This document shows positions 39,361 to 52,200 of a stretch of DNA of 64,000 nucleotides, piece after piece. The notes below the pieces were generated by a model, which made no database searches, was not told where the DNA came from, and was given only the letters and a program-made list of their open reading frames with translations. This DNA comes from Paraspadella gotoi. Its lineage: Eukaryota; Animalia; Chaetognatha. Made by a program: the position numbers and the translations under genes. How positions within the stretch are numbered: the first letter of the stretch is position 1; each line of letters begins with the position of its first letter. The DNA is taken from assembly GCA_051294375.1 (NCBI GenBank), contig CM119267.1, positions 12,347,081 through 12,411,080 of the forward strand, read 5' to 3'.

Positions 39361-39577
39361 TTAATAACTGTCCAGACTCAATTTTAAGCACATCGGTGAT
39401 GAGAAGCTGTATATAAATTTTCAGCTTCATACACCCAAATTTAATCATAAAAAAGGCGATCTATAATTTGGAACGCCGACGCCGACGACGACAACGACGA
39501 CGACGACGACGACGCCACTTATGGGCAAAAGCGTTACAATATCGTCGCAAACGCTTAGCGATTGCGACGATAAAAAA
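39361..39577 (-). mobile_element. Helentron/DINE-1-like element fragment with (GTC)n
   Basis: Terminal hairpin ATCGTCGCAA-ACGCTTAGCGA-TTGCGACGAT (39541-39571) followed by an A run and preceded by a GAC array; left boundary approximate. Confidence 0.55.
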
Positions 39578-39948
39578 AAGTATAATCAAATAGTGAAATA
39601 GATTGTTTTCTTTTTCCATTTTAACTCATTTCCACTTGGCCGATTCTATTGAAACTTTATTTCCTGCTCAAAGACACACTTTCCTACCCACACACAAAAT
39701 TTCATTCTAATCCATACATTAAATCACGAGTAATTGGTGTTTTTTGCTAAGGTGGGATTGACGGACAGACAGACCGACTGACAGACAGACGGACGGACGG
39801 ACGGACATCATGTTTTTGCATAATCTATTATAATTCGATGTTCTGACATGATATAAGTGAATGCCCGACAAGATTGGGGGAGCGGACCGACGGACCGACA
39901 AAGTGAATTATAGAGCCGGACTCTGCTGTAAGCAGACCCGGCTAAAAA
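39577..39948 (-). mobile_element. Helentron/DINE-1-like element, paralog of 23283-23830
   Basis: Same body; hairpin AGCCGG-ACTCTGCTGTAAGCAGAC-CCGGCT at 39914-39943. Confidence 0.7.
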
Positions 39949-40681
39949 TCTTCATGGTTTTGCAAATGGCAGCGTTTTTTTACCGGCGCTTGTAAAATTG
40001 TCACCATGTAAGAGTTTTAGGATGTAATAATCAAATATTCTATATCATCAACTTTCTCGTAAATTTTGTGCGGGCTATGCCTAAAACATAAAAGCTTAGA
40101 AAATAAAAAAACACGATCGTTAAATAAGAGGCTGATGGGTGATGCAAGAATTTGGAATTACGATTGGACTAATTGGATAAGGGACATCCGCGAAGGACGT
40201 TTGTTCAATGACTCGAATATTTAAAAATGAATCGAAGAGAAAAAGAATTAAAAAAAAAACGATTAAAGTACACTTCATTAGGCTTAATATAAGGTTTAAA
40301 ACCATCGAATGAAGTAAATCAGTATTTTTAAAATTTTTGTGAAATACCCTAACTAGGATGCAGAAAGTAGAAGAAAAAGGAAAGAAAGAAAAATAAAAAC
40401 AGGGAGAAGGGGAAATAATAAAGGAAACCCTAAGAATTGATGATTAAAAAAAGACGATATAGTTAGTTACACCCAAAGATGAGCGATAGAACGAAAAAAA
40501 GGCCATAAAACCATAGGGAGAAAAAAAAGCCGTCAGCGAAAATAGAAATACAATCAGCAAAATATTAGAAAAGATGACAAGCGACGTTTAACTCTGCCCC
40601 GAAACATTTCTTTGAGGTGTCGGCAACAGCGCGCTTCCCTCACCCGACTCCCCTACACCATCTCGCTTATCCTTCCAGCAC

Positions 40682-40682
<1 letters not shown>

Positions 40683-40748
<66 letters not shown>

Positions 40749-40749
40749 C
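40683..40749. repeat. (CT)n microsatellite
   Basis: Dinucleotide run. Confidence 0.95.
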
Positions 40750-41578
40750 CGCAGCTTTAATTATTTCTTCGTCCCCGACTCTCGAACCGAACCCGTTTGA
40801 AAAAATCCAAGGTCGCGAACAACCGGTGTTCTCCCTTGACTTTAGAATTTCAGCTAGCAGCGACAACTGTCGTCAGAGATGATTTAAGATTTTACTCTCT
40901 ATTTCTACGTACGGGGGAAAAAATCTAAAATTTTTTGTTTGTTTGTTCACAAACATGAAAAATATGAACAACAATGTTTCTGCCTAAGAAAAAATTTAAA
41001 GGTTGTTGTTGCTAGAGTTTGAAGGGGCAAAACTCTCTCTAAGATAAAATGAGAGAAAAGCACGCGAGAACAAATACAAGTTTCTAGTTTTGCGCTATAT
41101 ACTAATTTATTTATCTTAGTAGTATTAATTAGTTCTGCCTTTATATTTAAGTACGACGTGCGTATATACCCAATCTGATTATCAAATTCCATTCGCTCTC
41201 TCTCTCTCTCTCTCTTCGCCTCTCTCCATAGATGGAGAAAGGGGCGGCAACTTTGTTTGTTTATGCGTTATCGTCATCGTGGTAACCCATAACCCTAGCC
41301 GCTTACTAATTTGATCAGTCCTGGAGATGCCGTCAGTATTCGTCGTCGTCTTCGTCGTCGACGTCGTTGTCGTCTTCCTCTGCATTTTTTTCCAGTCAAA
41401 TCTCTCTCGGTTTCAAATTGATTTCGACAATGCAATTTAAACCAACAGCTCATGCCCTCATTAGTTTTCTCTCTCGAGCATTTTCCTTCTATGTTTAATT
41501 CTTAATTTCATTATTCTTTGCCAATCTGGGCACTATTAAGGGTCAGTTTGTATCGATTCAATGATCAAACCTCTCCCT

Positions 41579-41613
<35 letters not shown>

Positions 41614-41719
41614 CGTTCATTAAAGCAAATCGACTGCGTTAATTTTGAGTCCTTTAATTAGGCGAAGTCGTCACTTTCACCGACATGAACGTATTCTTCA
41701 AAGACGTCGTCGACGTCGA

Positions 41720-41750
<31 letters not shown>

Positions 41751-42789
41751 GTCGTCGTGCACTCCCACTTAGACGCAGCCGACGCATGTCATTTTTCGGC
41801 ATTCATGGTTGTCGCCAAGCGTAACGAACGAGAGTATCTTTATTAAGGAAGCGACGTCATCAATTTTAATTAATATTTAAATGAAAGGAGTCTTCGTTCC
41901 CGCGCATAGATGGGCGAGATCTTAACAAAGCGGCAATTTAATGAAAAGAAACGTTTCTTTGTTAAGAGCTCCTCTCGTCTCGTTAAGCGATAGATGCAAA
42001 AATAGTTTTAATCAAAAGTAAATAAATAATAAATTGTCTTTACTTTAATACAACTAGTAGCTATGATTAAATGAAAATAAGAGAAAAAGAACAAGGAGGG
42101 GAATCTATTACTTATCGGAATTTGGAAAAAAAAATGAGGGAAATTAAAGGAAAATCGAAGATGCTTCACTTCTTAAAATGAGGCCTTTCTTGATTGGGTG
42201 CCAGAGGTTTCGGCTTTGGAGAGCGGATTTAGATTAAGGGGTCCAACTGACAAAGATTAAAGAAAGTTAAAACGAAAGTCTTATGAACCGCTGAACACTT
42301 TCAAGAAAAGCTTCGCTTTTAAAATAAAAATAAATATTGATAATTAAAAATCTGTTATTTTTCTTCACTGAAAGTAGAGTACTTTCACGCTTTCTACTCT
42401 CCATTCTAGAGAGAGTGACTGGCTCCGCTCCAGCTCTTCGATGGCCCCCGCTCCCCCTTGCTCCACCTTCCAAAGCACCGCTCCACTTTCCTCTGTTGCT
42501 TTCTGCGTCGTCGCCAGATGTCAATTTCGACAGTGGAAAAAAGGGTGGGGGTTAGAATTGGGGCGGGTGGGAGGGGAGGATTGGTGTAACGAGAGGTAAA
42601 ATAAAAAGTAATTGAAAGAAAAGGAGGAGGGAGATAAATATGAGGGAGAGTGGAAAGCAAGGAAGGAAGGAAGCAAGCGAGCAAGCAAGCAAGGAAGGTA
42701 GAAAAAAAAAGAAAAGAAGGAAGGAAGGAAAGAAGAAAGGAAAGAAGGACGAAACAGTCCTGTACAAAAAAAACCCACCACTTTTTAAC

Positions 42790-42842
42790 TTTAAATCCCA
42801 GTCTCTTCGGAAGCGTGGGTTCGAATCCCACCCTTGCCACCA
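42790..42842 (+). pseudogene. 3' half of tRNA-Leu with encoded CCA (retro-fragment)
   Basis: CCAGTCTCTTCGGAAGCGTGGGTTCGAATCCCACCCTTGCCA-CCA: Leu-type variable arm, T arm and acceptor 3' strand; 5' half absent. Confidence 0.75.
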
Positions 42843-43504
42843 CATTTAAGTTAGTAGATAGAGATTTCAACATGAAACCGAAAGTGGATTTTATTCTTGG
42901 AAAGTCACAAGCAAAGACGGTATCAGAATTTGAGACAGATAGATTCAATACAAAATGGTCAGGTAATAATAATAATAGTAATAATAATAATAATAATAGT
43001 AATAATACTCTACAATCGGATCATCGACATGGGCTCGTTTTCTCAATGGCATGAAGCCCGTCTTCTCATTGGCGCGATTCCGACGATGATTCATCCAATC
43101 AGAGAGTCCTCGGTAGGTTTTACCTGAGTCACGGATCCGATTCCATTTTTGGTTCAGATTCCATCTGCGATGCTCTATAAAGACATTTTTAAAAATTATG
43201 TAAAAAAATGATTTTTTTAAAAAAAGGAATCAATGCGTCTAAATTTTATTACAATCGGTCAAGTGGTTTAGTAGATCTGATTTTTTAAAACCAAACGGGA
43301 AAATCAACTTTTATCTACACGGATTTTTTTTAACTAGAAAAACTATAAAATGAAAAAGGCTGTCATTGCGGTTGTGAAAAAGCTTTTGACCTTAAAATTG
43401 CTCAGACACGTACTCCAATGTCTATATCTATAAGATTTTTTTTCACATTCAAAAGCAAAATTTTTTAAAATTTAATCATGCCATTGATGAGCACATAACT
43501 AAGA

Positions 43505-43742
43505 AAGACTCTCTCACAGTCTGGTTTATTCACTCCCAGTGAACCTGGCTTCTTTATCAATGAAATGTTTCAATTGTATGAAAAGACCACTCCATTAAGT
43601 ATTAGATCGGGAAATACTATATTATACTCCGCACTCGCATCAAATACAACCAATATAAAAATTATCCATTCATTTAATAAATAAGCTATCTTGTCCTTAA
43701 CTTTGGACAAGCTTTGTGGTTTAAGGCCTCCATAACACTTAC
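43505..43742 (-). repeat. 326-bp family fragment with internal deletions
   Basis: Reverse complement of the unit, spanning a unit junction. Confidence 0.8.
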
Positions 43743-44289
43743 TTATTTTACTCCCATTTGAAATTTGAAATCTGTGTAAAAGCTTCAGAATCATTGACCT
43801 ATCTTTCATTTTATGTTTTAATAACTTTAAGGTTATTATTTAGGGATCTGGGGCAATCCAGTTTTTCAGCTATCCCTCCAGATATCCAGTTTAATTTTTT
43901 TTCATTTTTAATCTACTTTAAGTATTGCAAAATATCAGAAGAAAAAAGATTAGTCTTAAATCTATCAGATTTTTTTACATTCAGCTTTGTGGTAGAGTTT
44001 TTCATTTTTAAGAATCATTGCTCCTAAATGGATATCCCAATTTTTATCAAATTTATGCCAAACTTATCATCTTTCAATAAACTTTAAATCACTTATAAAA
44101 ATTTAATAAAAATTCAAGTATATAAAGGGATTTTTTAAATTGAATTGAAATTGAAACATTCTTTGAAACATTATACCACTTCATTGATAGGGAAGCCAGG
44201 TACTCTGGGATGGAGGCCTTAAACCACCTAAGCCGGTCCAAAGTCAGGGGCATAATAGTATGGTGGACTAAAATCCACCAACCGTTCAT

Positions 44290-44433
44290 CAGCGGCCATT
44301 GGTGCCGGAGGCAAGTCATTCGCCTCCCAGCCCAAAGGTCCGGGTTCTAGCCGGTGGCCGCCTAGCAGTTAACCCGCCTGTAACATGGTGTTACAGCCTG
44401 ATCCGAAGCTCAAGGACTGCTTATATTGAACGG
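44290..44433 (+). mobile_element. tRNA-derived SINE with internally deleted twister-like motif
   Basis: Acceptor stem GCGGCCA/TGGCCGC, box A and box B-like motifs, then AGCAGT-TAA-CCC-GC-CTGTAAC/GTTACAG-CCTGA-TCCGAAGC-TCAAGG-ACTGCT. Confidence 0.7.
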
Positions 44434-44472
44434 TTTTATCACTAAAACATATTAATAATTACTGTCTCTTCA

Positions 44473-45180
44473 ATAGCTTATTTATTGAATGAATGGATAG
44501 TTTTTATATTGGTTGTACCAATTTAATAAAATTCAGTTCCTTGTATTTTGATGCTAGTGCGGAGTACAATATAGTATTCCCCGATCTAATACTTAAGGTA
44601 GTGATCTTTTCATACAATTGAAACATTCTTTGAAACATTATACCACTTCATTGATAGGAAAGCCAGGTACTCTGGGAGTGAATAAATGAGACTGTAAAAA
44701 AGTCTTGATTGAAAGCTTTTAGGGACCTGCTATGTCATTATCTTGTAAGAGTGATGGAGGCCTTAAACCACCGAAGCCTGTCCAAAGTCAGGGGCAAGAT
44801 AGCTTATTTATTAAATGTATGGATAATTTTTATATTGGTTGTACCAATTTTAAAAAATTCAGCTCCTTGTATTTTTATGCTAGTGTGGAGTACAATATAG
44901 TATTCCCCGATCTAATACTTAAGGGAGTGATCTTTTCATACAAATGAAACATTCTTTGAAACATTATACCACTTCATTGATAGGGAAGTCAGGTACTCTG
45001 GGAGTGAATAAACAAGACTGTGAGAAAGTCTTGATTGAAAGCTTGTAGGGACCTGCTATGTCATTATCTTGTAGGAGTGATGGAGGCCTTAAACCACCAA
45101 AGCCTGTCCAAAGTCAGGGGCAAGATAACTTATTTATTAAATGAATGGATAATTCTTATATTGGTTGTACCAATTTCATA
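44473..45180 (+). repeat. Tandem array of the 326-bp family (about 2.2 units)
   Basis: GGTTGTACCAATTT recurs at 44511, 44837 and 45163; ends TTTCATA. Extra fragment at 44148-44252. Confidence 0.92.
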
Positions 45181-47618
45181 AAGTGGCGCATTTTTTATTG
45201 CACAGGACTGAATGAGAAAAAATCTAGAATAAATATATGTAGTTGAATATATTTATAAATTATAGATTTATAATTTAAAAACAGAAAAACCACGGCACAA
45301 ACAAACAAAATGGAGAAAAAGAGAAAATAAAAGAGAAATAAAAGTTAAAAAAAAAGTAAATTTTATTACAAGCTTTATCGAACGCGGGAGAAAAAAAAAT
45401 GATATGAAATAATTAGCGATGATATTTTTTTATCAATTAAAAATTCCAGAGCGACGCGATCAAAAAGGTGAGATTCCCCCAGCGTCATCTCGTCTTCCTC
45501 CGTCTTTACGTGCGACCGGCGTTTGGATCCTCGTGCAAAGTTTGTGTGCGTCTGCATGTTCCCCAAGTAGCAAACTCGCCTTCTGCTTCCAATTCAGGCT
45601 CAGGTATCATGGATAATTAATTTTGAGCGGCAGTGGAACAAATACAAATCGCAAGGGTGTGCTTATTCTTTAGTTAATATTATTTTTTTTATTGTAGCAA
45701 ATCCTTCAAACGTAGTCGTGTCGACGCTCGTCTCTTCGAGTGGCTTTGCGAAGTCTGTCTCTTTGTCTACCGTACATTCTTCCGTGGACATTAAAATAAG
45801 ATAAGTGAGCTTAGTAAGAGAAAAATGTCACCTGAAAAGAGGTTTTGCCGTTTGTATCACGCGTTTTCGGATGTCGAATGAAAAAATAGGCAAAGAGGAG
45901 AAAAAGTCTAAAATTGGTTTGCGATTTAGCTAAAAGAATGAGAGACCGACACTACTGAGTGAACAATGGGAATTTAAAAAAACCTTTAAAAACCAACTCG
46001 CTTTCATTTAGAAATTTGAGTCTCTCTTATAACCAATCGCGATGCTTTCACGGTGAATCGTCTACAGTACAACAACACTCGTATTAATCGACGTAGTCGT
46101 CGTTCCCTCTCGTTCACTCTTCCTTATCTTCACAGCGACTCTAATCCTTTTACGTTTTTATCATTCTCTAAGTCGCTCTGTTGCGTAACGGGCCGAAATG
46201 TGCAATTGTGCATTGCGCAATGTACACATTGTGTAATGCAATGTGCATTGCAATGTGCAAGGCTGCAAGCGACCAAGCGATCAAAGTCAAAGAAGGAATT
46301 TATCGATGATTCCCTTGGAGTCTCTCAGAACGTGATGAATATGATGGAAATATTGATTTTTTTTTATGTATATATTAGTGCTGGTACATATCTTAGCTTT
46401 ATTTTGAATACCGTAATATGTATACTTTTATCCATTTCAGGGTTTAGATACAGTATTAAATTATACATGAATCCATAACAAAGTTAAAATAAGCAGCACT
46501 AACTAAAAAGAAAGAAAAAAAATATATACAATCACAACAGTAAGTGATATCATAAATGATTGTGAAAACGCAAACTTTCTGATAAATAAAAAAAAAAATT
46601 CACGTCCAGTTTTCAGTTTTCCATTTTTAAAGACAAAGAGATGGCAACGAGATGAATCGACGAATGGCGAATGCCGTCTATGATTACCGCGACGGCATCG
46701 GAATCGTTATGGGCGGATGGCATCGTCATTCGTGCGAAAAACAATGACTCTCACACAAAACACAGACGTGACTCAAAACAACGAATCGTCCGCGTGACTA
46801 AAAAATAAATAAAAAAAATAAAACAAAGGATCTCTGGGAATAAAAAAATAGGGCACGGAGGAAAGAGAACAAAGAAATGAAAACGTTGAATTATTTGAAA
46901 ACAAAAAATCAAACGGAGGAAAATATGAGGATTGGAATCTAAGCGGAAAAAGATGCGTGAATGATATCTAGAGAACGAAAAATAAAATAGAGAAAGCGAC
47001 GGAAAAGGAAATTCGAATAAATAAAACATTGAACGGTGTTTAATTAGTGCATTTTGTTTGTTAAGACTTAATAAGAGTGGTAAAATAAAGAAAAGTTTAA
47101 AGTTGAAGTTACCAGTAATGCGAGAACGCGTTAATCGGCCACACAGACATGCAAGGAAAAAAGCAGAAACATTAATCTTATCCTGTCGATAAGTTGTTTT
47201 CATGTAAAAGGGTGACGGGTGGCGCCGTTTCTTCCCCTTCCCCTTTTTTTTAGAAATAGGCCCCCTTGTCCGTCCGGGTCATCTCGACATCCCGTTTCCA
47301 TGTCAACGCCGCGCACGTTCGCAAGGCGACGCGACGGATTCCGTGTTCAAACAAGATGTCCGTTCGTGCGAAGGGAGGGAAAAAAAATATTTCGAACGCG
47401 CTCACGCACGTGTATTTAGTTTTCGCCTCTTCTACTTTTTTCTTGACGTGCGAATACACGCGAGGAAAAGAAGAAAAGAAAATGCGTTGGCGTTTTGGTT
47501 TTTTTGTTTTTTAATTGCGCCTGCCCTTCGTTTGCATCTGTTTATTCCCTTAAAAAGTGACGAATTCTGTTTGCATCTTCCATATAAATCGTTCCGATTC
47601 GTCGTTTGCATTTTTTCT

Positions 47619-47694
<76 letters not shown>

Positions 47695-47786
47695 TTGCCT
47701 TTCAATTTTTTTTCTTAGAAGCGTCTCGTCTCGTTGCCTTCTAGCATAACCGAGAAATTGCCTCATCCTTTTTATTTGACGATTGC

Positions 47787-47789
<3 letters not shown>

Positions 47790-47871
<82 letters not shown>

Positions 47872-47935
47872 CTCTCTCTCTCTGCTCTCTCTCTCTTCTC
47901 TCTCTCTCTCTCTCTCTCTCTTCTCTTTCTCTCTC
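47790..47935. repeat. (CT)n microsatellite
   Basis: Long imperfect run; others at 47620-47690, 50410-50478, 55749-55815, 56124-56190 and 59260-59346. Confidence 0.95.
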
Positions 47936-48586
47936 GTATCATCACCTCACTCATCCTAACGTTTCCGGTCTTAGATGTTTCCGTCTGTGACAACCGACTC
48001 GATAATCATACAGTGAAGTTTTATTCGACCGGAATAAATTAAAAAGTGTTTATATAATCACATGATTATAAAAACATGATTTTTGGCCAAAAAATAATAC
48101 GACTGAACTTCCGCTTTCTATATTGTATATGTTCCAATAATTTCATTCAAAACTTTGTTAGTGAGAACTTGAATTATAAAACCCTGTAATCCCGAAGAAG
48201 GAAACGACGCATCTCTCGGCTGACGTCGTCCGTCTTTGATGCGAAATTGTTATGCATGACGTTATTCTCGGGAAAAAAGAATCGTTTCGCTCACGTCGCG
48301 AGAGGATAAAAAAAGGAAGAGAGAAATAAGGAAAAGGAGAAAAAAACAAAAGGGGAAAAAAGGAAAAGGCGAAATGAAAAGAAATTTTAAAAAAAGTCTG
48401 ATAGAGGGAACGGAAATATAACGTAAGTATTTTAAAGATGATTTCAGATAAAAGGAAGAAAAATGAATTAAAGTGAGAAAACAGATCCGCCGTTGAAAAA
48501 ATTTGGGAAAAAAATTATGAATAAAAATTGGTACGAAAAGTCGCGGCGCGTTGTTTTTATATAAAAGTCAAACAGACCGCCTACAG

Positions 48587-48873
48587 GCCCTTCACCTCCT
48601 CGCTCAACTTCTCGAGCTCTCCTCCTTTTGGATCGCGATCAACTTCCATTTTTCACTGGAGCGATCTCACGGCGCCGCCAAAGTGGCTTCCTCGGCGCTG
48701 TAACTATGGATTCGCCGTCTACGCCATCTGTCGCGGACTCATCGACGGCGTCAACGTGACACTCGTGCTGCTCGTGCTGCAGGAGCTCGTCGGTCGCGAA
48801 GGCTACACCGACGCTCTCGTGCTTTTGTCCGTCGTCCAGGGCGTCGGTATGGTGGCGCTTCCGTCGGTTGCCG
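48587..48873 (+). CDS. Exon of an MFS transporter, monocarboxylate transporter (SLC16)-like, TM10-TM11
   Basis: YGFAVYAICRGLIDGVNVTLVLLVLQELVGREGYTDALVLLSVVQGVGMVALPSVAG resembles the SLC16 pattern Y...FGL..G....L...VL.ELVG......A.GL....QG.G....P..AG. GC-rich codon use; acceptor CTACAG at 48586; both boundaries uncertain. Confidence 0.6.
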
Positions 48874-50406
48874 GCGGCTTTGCGTTTGGTCGAGGGATTT
48901 AAACGGCTAGCATCTTGTGGAAGAAAGAAAGAAATAGATAAAAAGAGAAAGAATTTCGGTCATTTTTTTTCTTTTTTTTTAACCGTCATTTTTTCCCCCG
49001 TCATCTCCTCTCTCCTACTAGGAGGTTTTCTTTCATTTCTTACTAACAGCATTTTGGTTCAGATTCCTAATGATTTCTATAGAGATTTGCTATTTTGTCT
49101 GAACCCACCTATTCTTCACTTGCATCGCTTTACACAAAATAGCACATTTGCATATTTTAAACATAGTTTTCCGGAGGTCCTGTTCTTTTTTGTGAAATAA
49201 AATAACATTCAAATTAAGTTTTTTTTTATATTTTAAACTTTATTTACTAGAGGGCTCCCAAACATAAAAGCATTCAGTGAGACAAGATAGATAAGTTTTA
49301 AAAATTACTCACCAGATATCTTATTCTCTTTTAAGAATCAAAGGAACATGCATAATAAATTTGATTTACATCGCAATATTGTCCGTGGTGATTCCGAGGA
49401 CGTCGAGCTTTTTCCTCCGTGCGGACACGGCCATGGAGGCCGCCGCGTCAAAACAGCGTTAAATTATATTCTATTTCGAGAAATCTTCGGTCGCCTATGA
49501 TTTTGTTCAAAGTTTGTAGCAGATTTAAAAAATAGACCGATTTTTGCAGAAATTTTTTCCGCAAAAACTTATCGATTGAGAGAATTTAATTTTCTGATGC
49601 TTCCCCTTTCAATAAAAGAAGGCGGTTTTTTTAATTTGTAAACCTTAGTATGTTTCTCATCTATTAAAACTATAAAATAAGTCAAAAATCGAGTTTTAGT
49701 TCAAATATTTATTTGCTCCAAAACTATTAAATTTTTTGCCCTAATTTTTTAGGTACCAGAAGCACCGTTGATCGGGAATATTTGATTAGAATTGCTGACA
49801 TTTTGAAGTATTTTCGTATAAAAAATTGTAATAAAATGTAAAAATGTAAGATTTGACAAGTCAATTTAAAAATTAATTCATAGGCAAACAATAGATGACC
49901 AATGGCAAATTAACTGACTCAGAGGTAAAGAAGATAAGAAGGACCCGGAAGCCAGAGTAAAAAAATTTTCTCCAACGATCTTGGCATTCAAATCTCAAGA
50001 CAAAAGTCAAAATGGACAAAAATGGACATAATTTTTTTTTTTATTAAGAATAGAAAAAATGATATTGATTCTTGATTAGAAAATGCAGCAGATGATTTCA
50101 ATTAATCCGTAGTCTAGCCCACTTTGTCTTAGGGTTCAAATTTAATCAATTTTGTTGGTAATATTCAAGCAATATTGCAAAAATTGGTTGTTTTTTTTGC
50201 TTAATTCCTCGATCAAAATCACTGCCTAAAAAGGAATAAAAAAAGAGAACGCGAAAAAGAGAGATAATGAGAAAGCGAGAGACCAAGAGGCTAGTGAAAA
50301 AGTGATTTTGTTTTAATGGACTTTCTTCTTTCTGTTTTTTCTTTCTCGGTTATGAATAAATTAAACCGATAATAAATATTTTTTTCGCTGATCAGCGAAA
50401 GACGGG

Positions 50407-50482
<76 letters not shown>

Positions 50483-52046
50483 TTCATCGTTTTTCTTATC
50501 GTCGTCGCACTCGAATCTTGATTAGATTTTATTTATCTTATTTAAATTTCATTTTCCAAACATTAACTTTTAACAGCCAAGGGCGAAACAAAAAATTCGA
50601 TCTAGAAGTTAGAACCCATCCAAATTTCTATGTCCTCACCTCAGGGCGACCCAGGGCCGACGGTTATTGACTTTCACTTTTCTATCTATCGTTTTTATTT
50701 CTTTCTCTTCTCAACTTCTGGCGATTCGAGGGGCGAAAGGACTTGGTTCGATAAACCGAGAAACAAATGGGCAGGAAGAGAGAAAAAATGTCCAGAGGGT
50801 GAAACTTTCGGCCAAACACCTGAGAAGTTCGAAACTAAATGGAATTATTTTATGTGGACAAAATAAACGAATGTACAAATTGTGTCACAATGACTGTTAA
50901 TGGCCCTTTGACCCTGCTTTAAAAAAAGATTGCTGTAAACCAATACTCCAATAGTAAATAAAAAAATTTTAAAAAAAATGAAACGTTAGAATACTAAGTC
51001 CCTAATTAGTCATTTAAACGCACGTTCTGCCAGAACATCTTACTAGATAGATACTATATAATCATCAAGAAGTAAATCTAATAAGAATTTTAACCTCGAC
51101 CATTCAAATCCAAACTCTGCTTTGATTGTCCCGATCCATATTAATTTGAATCTTGATCCGACTGAATGGTTGAACCCTTGAACCCTAAACTATCGACACT
51201 AAATAAAAAAAAGTAATTGAGCTGAAATCGAGAAGAGGCCCTAGGATCTCCTTCGGCGGCGGCGGGGACAGCGGCGGCGGCGGGGACAGCAGCGGCGGGA
51301 GGAGGGAACGGCCCGCCGTTTTCCGAGAAATCCGAGGCCGGAAGTCGATCGCTTTTCCGGTCGAAAAGAAAAAAAGTCACCGAATGGAAAGGCCACGTGA
51401 CGAGCATGGAAAGACGAGTTGGACCGTGAAGGGGGAGAGAAAGAGGGTGGGGAAGGAGAGTGGGGGGATATTGAAGAGGGAAAATCGACAATCCAAACTT
51501 TAACGTCTTCGTTTTCGTCAAAAATTGTTATAGGGAAGGTCCTTATTTGGAGATAAGGATATTAACTAAATAAAACATCAGGGAGCTTCGAATCAATGTT
51601 TACTTCCTCTCGCAACAATACTCTGATCTGAAGCACTCAGAATTTTGTTTGGTTAAATTGTTAAATATTAGTTTAAACCATCTGTGTTAAAATTTTCATT
51701 TGTATACTATTTTTTATAAGGTTTCAACTTTCAACTACAAATGTAAATGTTAGGAACCATAATGATAATATTTACTCATAATTTTCATTGGTATACTTAA
51801 TACTTTTCCAATTTGCAGTGTCCGCAATGATCCTTAATTGTTGAATTTTATTTTTTATTTTTAGTGCCATCAGTACAATTAGTCTTGCTCAATACTCATT
51901 TATTGTTTGAATGTCATATTGTTTCAAATCGTTTTATCTTTTTATCGTCTTAACTGTCAAATTGTCTCTTTTATTTCAGAAAAAAAAAAAATTCAACTAC
52001 AACTATTATTTGTCGCAAAAAAATAAAACACAAAACACATGAAACA

Positions 52047-52200
52047 CACTTCATTGATAGGGAAGTAAGGTACTTTGGGAGCGAATAAACGAGACTGTGA
52101 TGGAGGCCTTAAACCACCAAAGCCTGTCCAAAGTCAGGGGCAAGATAACTTATTTATTGAATGAATGGATAATTATTATATTGGTTGTACCAATTTCATA
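52047..52200 (+). repeat. 326-bp family terminal fragment
   Basis: Ends TTGGTTGTACCAATTTCATA. Confidence 0.88.
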
